Shown here: positions 35,896 through 42,564 of the stretch, piece by piece
How the letters are laid out: each line of letters starts with the position of its first letter
How positions within the stretch are numbered: position 1 is the stretch's first letter
Assembly (NCBI GenBank): GCA_038331365.1
Contig: JBBQOY010000001.1
Coordinates: 1-42,564, forward strand
Direction: 5' to 3'
DNA length: 42,564 nucleotides
Origin: Erysipelotrichales bacterium
Lineage (GTDB): Bacteria > Bacillota_I > Bacilli_A > Erysipelotrichales > Erysipelotrichaceae
Program-made: the position numbers and the translations under genes
Notes under the pieces: generated by a model
Databases searched by the model: none
What the model was told of the DNA's origin: nothing
The model's input: only the letters and a program-made list of their open reading frames with translations

Positions 35896-37263
35896 ATGAA
35901 AAAGAGAATTTCTCAACTTCTTAAAAATCTCATGGTACTTAGCCTCTTGTTTTTGAGTGTCGCCTGTAGTGGTCAAGATTTTTATCTACTTGGCCAAAGC
36001 GAAATGACCCTTGAAGTGCATTCAAAATATGAAGAACCAGGATACTTCATCAAAGATAATCAATTCGTTAGTGTCGAAGGAAATCTGGATACAGATCACT
36101 TAGGCAAATATACACTTGTCTATACAGCTGGCATTGGTAATACGAAAAAAGTGTTGATTCGAACCATCAATATCGTGGATACTTCTGCCCCAATTTTAAC
36201 ATTGACAGGATCCTTAGATCGATTGGCTTGCGAAAAAGATGCTTATAATGAGGAAGGCTTTTCAGCCTTCGATAATACAGATGGTGACATCAGTGATCAA
36301 GTCATCATCGATAAAAGGAATTCCGGTTACCACTACTCGGTCAAAGATTCATCGGGCAATTTTACCGAAGCGACTCGAATGTTCACAAAAACAGATACAC
36401 TCTCCCCTACTTTGACTTTAATTGGTTTATCATCAATCAAAGTTTCATTAAATAGTACTTATCATGAAAGTGGGTTCATTGTAAGCGATAATTGTGCCAT
36501 CGATGAAAATCAGGTCATCATCACCAATTCAATCAATGTAAACACCTTGGGTCAATATGTGGTCACTTATTCCATAACGGATCAAGCCGGCAACAACACA
36601 ACCCTGAAACGTAATGTGGAGGTTGCTGTTCTACCTCAAACAACCGTTTATCTAACCTTTGATGATGGCCCCAGCCTCTTAACGATGCAAGTCCTAGACA
36701 TCCTAAAGGCTTATGATGTCAAAGCAACTTTTTTTGTTATCAAGCAAAAAGCAGCCCTTGAACCCATTCTGTTGCGTGCCTTTCAAGAAGGAAATACGGT
36801 TGCTTTACATTCCGATCAACATGTTTATACAACCATCTATGCATCATCAAATAATTTCTATACAGATCTGGAATCAATTCAAAATTGGGTTGAAAATTTG
36901 ACAGGTAATCATTCGATGATCTATCGATTCCCTGGTGGATCTTCAAATACGAAAAGTGATTTTAACCCCGGTATTATGAGCACCTTAACCAAAAGTGTCG
37001 AAAGTAAGGACTTCCATTATTTTGACTGGAATGTTTCTTCAGGCGATGGCTACAGTAAAACAACCACTGACCAAATCATCAATAATGTCACTAAAAACAT
37101 TCGTGTTGGTAAATCTTATGTCGTATTGATGCATGACAGTTCTGGCCATGAGGCAACAATCGCAGCCTTACCCAATATTCTTGAATATCTTCAGTCGATT
37201 GGAGCGGTGATCCTCCCGATCACTATGGAGACCCCAGTTGTTCATCACAACGTCCAAAATTAA
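35896..37263 (+). CDS. Lipoprotein with three tandem Ig-like (DUF5011-like) repeats and a C-terminal NodB-type polysaccharide deacetylase domain
   Basis: Signal MKKRISQLLKNLMVLSLLFLSVAC has a lipobox-type Cys. All five NodB motifs are present: TFDDGP, HSDQH, RFPGG, FDW and LMHD. The track start ATG 35887 lies inside the -10 box, so I use ATG 35896. Confidence 0.85.
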   Translation: MKKRISQLLKNLMVLSLLFLSVACSGQDFYLLGQSEMTLEVHSKYEEPGYFIKDNQFVSVEGNLDTDHLGKYTLVYTAGIGNTKKVLIRTINIVDTSAPILTLTGSLDRLACEKDAYNEEGFSAFDNTDGDISDQVIIDKRNSGYHYSVKDSSGNFTEATRMFTKTDTLSPTLTLIGLSSIKVSLNSTYHESGFIVSDNCAIDENQVIITNSINVNTLGQYVVTYSITDQAGNNTTLKRNVEVAVLPQTTVYLTFDDGPSLLTMQVLDILKAYDVKATFFVIKQKAALEPILLRAFQEGNTVALHSDQHVYTTIYASSNNFYTDLESIQNWVENLTGNHSMIYRFPGGSSNTKSDFNPGIMSTLTKSVESKDFHYFDWNVSSGDGYSKTTTDQIINNVTKNIRVGKSYVVLMHDSSGHEATIAALPNILEYLQSIGAVILPITMETPVVHHNVQN

Positions 37264-37434
37264 ACCAATTCTGATTGTATTCAACCTTGGCCTGCAAACT
37301 CTAATGACCATAACTCGTCTCAATTCGGATGATTCTTCATTACAATTTGTATCTTCAAACTGAAAAACATTGTATCTTACCGTTACTGTAAGATTAATGG
37401 CTTTAATTAGATTGGTTTTCGCCTGGTTTCATCT

Positions 37435-37475
37435 TACAAAAAAGACACTTTTTTGATATTAGTGTCTTTTTTCTT
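37435..37475. terminator. Bidirectional intrinsic terminator (serves bcp; possibly also the deacetylase gene)
   Basis: Stem AAAGACACT (37441..37449) / AGTGTCTTT (37461..37469), with an A-run on the left and a T-run on the right. It lies about 35 nt after the bcp stop. Confidence 0.75.
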
Positions 37476-37506
37476 AGTCATTTAAGTGAATACATTTGGA
37501 AAACTT

Positions 37507-37971
37507 TTAGCTCTTGATGGCAGATAAAACTTTTTCTACATCTTCCTCAGGATTGACTTTATCAAAGATGGCAACAATCTTACCTTCAGGATCAATGACG
37601 AATGTCGTTCTAACAACGCCCATCACCTTATTCCCATACATATTTTTCTCTTTGTAGACATCGTATAAAGTTACGACTTCTTTTTGATCATCTGCCAAAA
37701 GTTCAAAATTCAAATCGAATTTTGAAGTGAACTTCACATGACTTTGTTCATCATCTTTACTGATCCCAAATACTATGATGTTTCGAGATGTAAATGCGGA
37801 CATATTATCACGATAAGAACAAGCTTGAATGGTACACCCAGGTGTATCATCTTTAGGATAAAAATATAAAACCACACTCTGACCTCGGTAATCGCTCAGC
37901 GTTCTTTTTTCACCTTTTTGATTTTTCAAAGTAAAATCCGGGGCAACTTCATTAATCATTATTTTCGACAT
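37507..37971 (-). CDS. bcp: Thioredoxin-dependent peroxiredoxin Bcp/PrxQ
   Basis: FYPKDDTPGCTIQAC carries the peroxidatic and resolving Cys five residues apart. The true start is probably ATG 37971, preceded by GGAGG. The track's GTG 37983 lies within that SD. Confidence 0.92.
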   Translation of the reverse strand: MSKIMINEVAPDFTLKNQKGEKRTLSDYRGQSVVLYFYPKDDTPGCTIQACSYRDNMSAFTSRNIIVFGISKDDEQSHVKFTSKFDLNFELLADDQKEVVTLYDVYKEKNMYGNKVMGVVRTTFVIDPEGKIVAIFDKVNPEEDVEKVLSAIKS

Positions 37972-38011
37972 AACTACCTCCACTCTTATTAAAGCACACT
38001 ATGCGCAGTCA

Positions 38012-39697
38012 TCAAGGATTATGCCTAATGAGTTGTACAATCCGAGCTTCATAGGGTCTAAAGACCATCTTTTTATCCATAGGACCATACGTCGGATAAT
38101 TACACACTTTGGTTCTCATCATTTTATAGTTATCGCTTTTAAACAGAGCTACATGATCATCTAAATTAATAAGAATCAAATAGCTTTCTTCTGCATCTTC
38201 GCGAAGATAAGCAAGAATTTGTTTATGACTTTCCATGATTGGTTTAAATTCACCAGTACGTAAAGCGGGATGCGTCTGATGAAAAGCAATCAATTCTTTG
38301 GTAAAATTAAGAGTCGAGTTTTGGTCCTCACTGTCTTTTTTAACATTAATTTCTTTATGATTCGGATTAAGCACAAACCATGGCTTTGTTTTAGAGAAAC
38401 CAGCATAATTCGAATCATCCCATTGCATGATCGTTCTGGCATTATCACGTGTCATCTTTTGCACAATGGGTTTACGAATGAAACTGGGCAGATGAAACAT
38501 TTGTTTTAACATTTTATAATCACTAATCGCTTCAAAGTCTTTCCAATCTGCTTCAGCGATCTTCATATTTGTCATTCCAATTTCTTCCCCTTGATAAATA
38601 AACGGCGTCCCATAGGCCGTCATCGTATTCAACAAAAGCGCTTTAGCACTCTCGATGCGATACTTCTTATCATCCCCAAATCGAGAGACGGATCGCCCAT
38701 TATCATGATTGGATAAGAAATTTCCCATCCAAAACTGTTGCTTAAACGAGGCGTTTTGCCATTTCGTAAAAATGGCCTTGTATTGCGGAATGGTCCAATG
38801 ATAAAACTTGGTAAAATCGTATTTTCCTAAAGGACCACACCCAATTAAAACAAGGTCAAAATGAAACATCATATCCAACTCTGCTTGATCAAAACCACAG
38901 TATTGAGCACAACTTTCCGGATTCACCAACAGACCTTCGCCTAAATAGAGGCCAGGATATTGACTTAAGACCTCTTGATACATTTCTTTTAAATACGCAT
39001 GTGATTTCGGTAAAGATACGATTAAATCATCCGCAAATTGAAGACCTTTTTTATCCGGATTCTTATCTGGCAAGCCTTCTGCTTTGGCAATGATGTTGAT
39101 GACATCCATTCGAAATCCAGCGACACCCTTCTTCATCCAAAAGCGCATGATGTCATAGATTTCTTTGCGGACTTCTGGATTGGTCCAATTCAAATCGACT
39201 TGATTGGGTGTAAACATGGTCAAATAGTATTCATTTGGAATCATGGTTTTAGTCCATGCAGGACCTCCAAATAAACTGATCCAATTGTTAGGTGCTTGAT
39301 TGTTTTCACCTTGTTTGAAGTAGTAATAATCGCGATATTTAGAGTTTTGGTTTTTTAGAGCTTCTTGAAACCATGGGTGTTGATTGGAGGTATGATTGGC
39401 AACCAGATCCATAAGAATGCCAATGCCTCTGATTTTAGCTTCTTCAATCAATTGTTCCATGTCGTCCATGGTGCCGTATTCTGGCTGTATGTTATAATAA
39501 TCAGAGACATCATAACCAAAATCGATGTTAGGAGATACATAGACAGGACATAACCAAATCGTCTTGATGCCTAAGTTTTGAAGATAATCTAATTTAGAGA
39601 TGATCCCTTGAAGATCTCCAATCCCATCCTCATTAGAATCTTTAAAAGACCTGGGCCAGATTTGATAAATCACATCATTCATTTGAGTTTTGATCAT
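38012..39697 (-). CDS. GH13 alpha-glucosidase (oligo-1,6-glucosidase / sucrose isomerase-like subfamily)
   Basis: Carries YQIWPRSFKDSNEDGIGDL, DLVANHTS, GFRMDVIN, a GEG region and FLSNHDNGR. The start is set at ATG 39697 (SD AGAGGA, MIKTQMNDVIYQIWPRSF) rather than the track's GTG 39769. Confidence 0.92.
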   Translation of the reverse strand: MIKTQMNDVIYQIWPRSFKDSNEDGIGDLQGIISKLDYLQNLGIKTIWLCPVYVSPNIDFGYDVSDYYNIQPEYGTMDDMEQLIEEAKIRGIGILMDLVANHTSNQHPWFQEALKNQNSKYRDYYYFKQGENNQAPNNWISLFGGPAWTKTMIPNEYYLTMFTPNQVDLNWTNPEVRKEIYDIMRFWMKKGVAGFRMDVINIIAKAEGLPDKNPDKKGLQFADDLIVSLPKSHAYLKEMYQEVLSQYPGLYLGEGLLVNPESCAQYCGFDQAELDMMFHFDLVLIGCGPLGKYDFTKFYHWTIPQYKAIFTKWQNASFKQQFWMGNFLSNHDNGRSVSRFGDDKKYRIESAKALLLNTMTAYGTPFIYQGEEIGMTNMKIAEADWKDFEAISDYKMLKQMFHLPSFIRKPIVQKMTRDNARTIMQWDDSNYAGFSKTKPWFVLNPNHKEINVKKDSEDQNSTLNFTKELIAFHQTHPALRTGEFKPIMESHKQILAYLREDAEESYLILINLDDHVALFKSDNYKMMRTKVCNYPTYGPMDKKMVFRPYEARIVQLIRHNP

Positions 39698-39735
39698 AAA
39701 ATGTCCTCTTTGTTTAATTTTACCACACTCTAACC

Positions 39736-40365
39736 ATGAACCAACATTACCTATTAACTCAATTCCCACAGCTCCATATGCTGGTCGCTGTCAGTAAGAA
39801 CCATCCAATCGCTGCCATTGAAAGCAGAATCTCGGAAGGCTTTTCTCATTTCGGTGAAAATAGAGCTCAAGAATTGGCAGAGAAAGCTTCATTAGGACTC
39901 CCCATCACTTGGCATTTCATCGGTCGAATCCAAACCAACAAACTCAAAACAATAGTTCAATATGCTTCCTGGATTCATTCTGTAGATCAACTCAAACAAA
40001 TTTTTTTAATTGAAAAATATGCCAGCGAATGTAACAAAGATATCAATCTTTTAATCCAAGTCAACTTAACCCAAGAAGGACAAAAAGGTGGTGTTTTAAT
40101 AAAAGACTTGGAAGCTTTGATTTTAGCCTGTGTTCCTTTGCCCCACATCAAACTCAAAGGCTTAATGGTTATGGGTCCCAGTGACGCTGATCAATCACGC
40201 ACTGAGACGACTTTTAAAGCTGCTCAAGCACTTTTTCTTCAAACCAAAAAAAATCATCCGGAGATGACAGAATTATCCATGGGAATGAGTCATGATTATG
40301 GCCTTGCATATCACTATGGATCCACTTGTTTTAGATTGGGAACCCTACTTTTTAAACAAGACTAA
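39736..40365 (+). CDS. yggS: YggS-family pyridoxal-phosphate homeostasis protein (short N-terminus)
   Basis: 209 aa with LVAVSK (PLP Lys), HFGENRAQE, WHFIGRIQTNK and ELSMGMSHDY. Only 17 residues precede AVSK, against about 35 in YlmE/YggS as I recall it. Confidence 0.85.
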   Translation: MNQHYLLTQFPQLHMLVAVSKNHPIAAIESRISEGFSHFGENRAQELAEKASLGLPITWHFIGRIQTNKLKTIVQYASWIHSVDQLKQIFLIEKYASECNKDINLLIQVNLTQEGQKGGVLIKDLEALILACVPLPHIKLKGLMVMGPSDADQSRTETTFKAAQALFLQTKKNHPEMTELSMGMSHDYGLAYHYGSTCFRLGTLLFKQD

Positions 40366-40811
40366 GCTTTGTGATGGACAATTTTATAACTTAACTTAAA
40401 AGTCGTCAATAAACATAAACTCGGTAGGACACAACTCGATGCATAGGCAAATAATACAAAGATATCCCGAGTTGTAACATTGCGGATAAAATATCCATAA
40501 GGTAGATTGCCGTATAGGAAATAGACCCAATTTTGTTCACTTGTAAACCCGAAACCAAATAAACCAATCAACATCAACATATAAAAACCCAAAGGAAGCA
40601 CTAACTTCTTTTCTTCAATTGCCACCAGTCCCCAAATTATTCCAATGAAGGCAAAGATCATAATCGTCCATAATAAGCCAAAGAATGCTTGTTGCCAAGA
40701 CAAAGTCAAGAAATCGAACTTCACAACAAGAAACGTTCCCAAAAAGAGAAAAAAGACAGATAAAGTTAAATGCATATAAATTATAATAAAAAACCGCTTA
40801 AATTGAAGCAT
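40362..40811 (-). CDS. Hypothetical membrane protein (4-5 TM)
   Basis: 149 aa hydrophobic ORF with no recognisable motif. It is supported only by its length and its operon-like overlap with the aminotransferase gene. Confidence 0.45.
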   Translation of the reverse strand: MLQFKRFFIIIYMHLTLSVFFLFLGTFLVVKFDFLTLSWQQAFFGLLWTIMIFAFIGIIWGLVAIEEKKLVLPLGFYMLMLIGLFGFGFTSEQNWVYFLYGNLPYGYFIRNVTTRDIFVLFAYASSCVLPSLCLLTTFKLSYKIVHHKA

Positions 40812-41964
40812 GGGTTCTTAGATTCGTGATCATTCTTTTTAAACGAGAAAACCCTTCAATGATGTCTGCATCACTGAGCGCATATGAGATTCGAACATTA
40901 TGATCAGCCCCAAAATAGATGCCTGGTACCAATGCGACCTTATAGTCTCGCATGGCTTTTAAACAAAAACTTTCAGAGTCCATTTTAAACTCACGAATAT
41001 CAGGAAATAAATAAAAAGCCCCTTCTGGTTTAATACAAGGCAGATTCATGTCTTGAAGTAATCCATAAGCTAAATCTCTTCGACGATGATAACTCTCACA
41101 CATCCAACTTGTATCCATCTTCAACGCTTCAATGGCTGCCACTTGATTAAAGGTTGTCACACCGGTGACTAAATAAGCATGCATCAAAGCGATTGCTCTA
41201 GAGATGGGTAAATCCGCCAAGACATAGCCAACGCGCCATCCTGTCATCGCATAGGGCTTAGATAAGCTTTGGGTAATGATTAAACGTTCACGGATGCTTT
41301 CGTCGTAACAAAGCATTTCATAATCTTTGGTAAAGACCAATTGAGAATAAACATCATCGCTGATGATGAAAAGATCATTTCGTTTCGCCGCGGCTTTAAC
41401 TGCTTCTATGCTTCTTCGATTTAAAATCGTCCCGGTCGGATTATTAGGTGAAGTGATGACAATGGCCTTGGTATGGATGTTAACCAATCTTTCCAAACCA
41501 TTGGGATCAATCTGAAAATTATAGTTATTCGTTTCCAACGGTACCAGTTTGGCTTTACACACAGAAATCATCGGTCCATAAGAAACATACATCGGAGATG
41601 GGATAATGACTTCATCCCCTTCTTTTAAGATGGTCATTAAACTCGCTGCCAAAGCCTCCGTTGCTCCATTGGTGATGACAACTTCATCCCACGTATAATC
41701 CAGATGATGGGTATGGCGTTCAAAGTCCGCCACTGCTCTTCTCAGTGATTCTAATCCTGAATTGGCTGGATAATGGGTTTGATTGTCATGTAGTGCCAAA
41801 ATCGCCGCATCTTTTATGCGTTCATCGGTATTGAATTCTGGTTCTCCAATCGTAAAATTGATGATACCAGGAATTGTTTTAGCTTCTTCTGAAAACTTAC
41901 GGATGCCGCTTTGTTTAAATTGTCTGACTTGTGGATTGATTCGGTTTAGCATATCGTTCCTCAT
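40798..41964 (-). CDS. Class I/II pyridoxal-phosphate-dependent aminotransferase (AspC/PatA-like)
   Basis: 388 aa with GEPEFNTD, NPTGT, SDDVYS and SLSKPYAMTGWRVGY (the PLP-binding Lys). Confidence 0.9.
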   Translation of the reverse strand: MRNDMLNRINPQVRQFKQSGIRKFSEEAKTIPGIINFTIGEPEFNTDERIKDAAILALHDNQTHYPANSGLESLRRAVADFERHTHHLDYTWDEVVITNGATEALAASLMTILKEGDEVIIPSPMYVSYGPMISVCKAKLVPLETNNYNFQIDPNGLERLVNIHTKAIVITSPNNPTGTILNRRSIEAVKAAAKRNDLFIISDDVYSQLVFTKDYEMLCYDESIRERLIITQSLSKPYAMTGWRVGYVLADLPISRAIALMHAYLVTGVTTFNQVAAIEALKMDTSWMCESYHRRRDLAYGLLQDMNLPCIKPEGAFYLFPDIREFKMDSESFCLKAMRDYKVALVPGIYFGADHNVRISYALSDADIIEGFSRLKRMITNLRTHASI

Positions 41965-42564
41965 TTATGTTTCATTATGTCAAAAAAACGAGACCCTGTC
42001 AAAGGGATGCGATTTTGCCAGTAACTGAATCCTAACACAAATATCCCCATCAAAATGGCACTGAAAAAGAAGGCATTCTGCATTCCGTAGTAATCTCCGA
42101 TTAATCCAAAAGCCGGAAATAAAAACACCATGATGACACTATACGCCATCGAATTAACCGATAAGATCGTCGCTCTAACCTCTGAGGATATCTGACGATT
42201 AATATGGTGGGCGATCGTAACATACATGATAGATTCCATGCCACCCATAAAAAAGAATGCAACGAAACCCCAAGGCAAGATCGGCATAAAGAAAAAAGTA
42301 GCGGTCATGAGTAAAGAAACATAAAAAATCAGTTTAAGATCAAAATGCTTGATCAAACGACTCACAATCAAAGCTGCAATAATTGAACCAATCGTATTGA
42401 TCATATACCAAATTGATATGATCGTTAGTGAATAACCCTCTCCTCGCAAATAGGTTCCTAAATACAAGAAATAAGTTGCTGTTACCGAAGTAAATAGAGC
42501 ACAATAAAGCATAAGACCTGCCAAAATAGGTTGATGTTTAAGCGTTGACAAAGCTGTTTTCGTC
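41961..42564 (-). CDS. MFS transporter, C-terminal half; the 5' part lies beyond the right window edge
   Basis: The frame stays open upstream of the track's TTG start to the window end (…TKTALSTLKHQPIL). It has six hydrophobic segments and an MFS-like RATILSVNSMAYS...PAFGLIGDYYG pattern. It overlaps the aminotransferase start by 4 nt. Confidence 0.7.
   Translation of the reverse strand, partial: TKTALSTLKHQPILAGLMLYCALFTSVTATYFLYLGTYLRGEGYSLTIISIWYMINTIGSIIAALIVSRLIKHFDLKLIFYVSLLMTATFFFMPILPWGFVAFFFMGGMESIMYVTIAHHINRQISSEVRATILSVNSMAYSVIMVFLFPAFGLIGDYYGMQNAFFFSAILMGIFVLGFSYWQNRIPLTGSRFFDIMKHK

Noticed and set aside
1-42564. Mollicute-type genetic code (TGA read as Trp), considered because of the low GC content and compact gene arrangement
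   Set aside because: TGA terminates several well-delimited genes (the GntR-family gene at 374, holA at 10705, the permease at 21487). Conserved Trp positions use TGG, and all long housekeeping ORFs are intact under the standard code.

Overview
This 42.6 kb window is a compact, low-GC, Firmicutes-type chromosomal core region. It uses the standard genetic code: TGA ends the GntR-family regulator, holA and the permease, and Trp is TGG. About 45 protein genes are packed tightly, and many junctions are 1-, 4- or 8-nt overlaps (ATGA type). Most are housekeeping genes whose order recalls two Bacillus subtilis neighbourhoods as I remember them: mnmA-recD2-alaS-yrzL-yrrK-yrzB-mltG-udk-greA, and comEA-comEC-holA-rpsT-lepA-hemN. 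Left to right the window holds: etfB (partial, missed by the ORF track), a FadR-type GntR regulator, pnp, a decayed MFS gene remnant, rpsO, hemW, a MazG-like gene, lepA, an ECF S-component, fmt, rpsT, sdaA, holA, comEC, comEA, greA, udk, mltG, a DUF1292 gene, ruvX, ireB, alaS with a T-box, trpS with a T-box, an APC permease, spx, a GAF-GGDEF cyclase, mnmA, a CPBP protease, recD2, a DUF1648 protein plus ABC ATPase plus large permease, MarR plus a heterodimeric ABC exporter, a lipoprotein NodB deacetylase, bcp, a GH13 alpha-glucosidase, yggS, a small membrane protein, an aminotransferase, and a partial MFS gene. I saw no rRNA, tRNA, CRISPR array, transposase, integrase or phage gene, and no intergenic gap exceeds about 270 nt. 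I found no convincing evidence for a novel multi-gene system. The observations worth a second look are regulatory or architectural: two T-box leaders with readable specifier codons, two candidate leaderless transcripts, two perfect operator-like palindromes, an Spx with a Cys-rich C-terminal extension, a gene remnant between rpsO and pnp, and an asymmetric ABC heterodimer. All product calls rest on motif recognition by eye; no searches were run.
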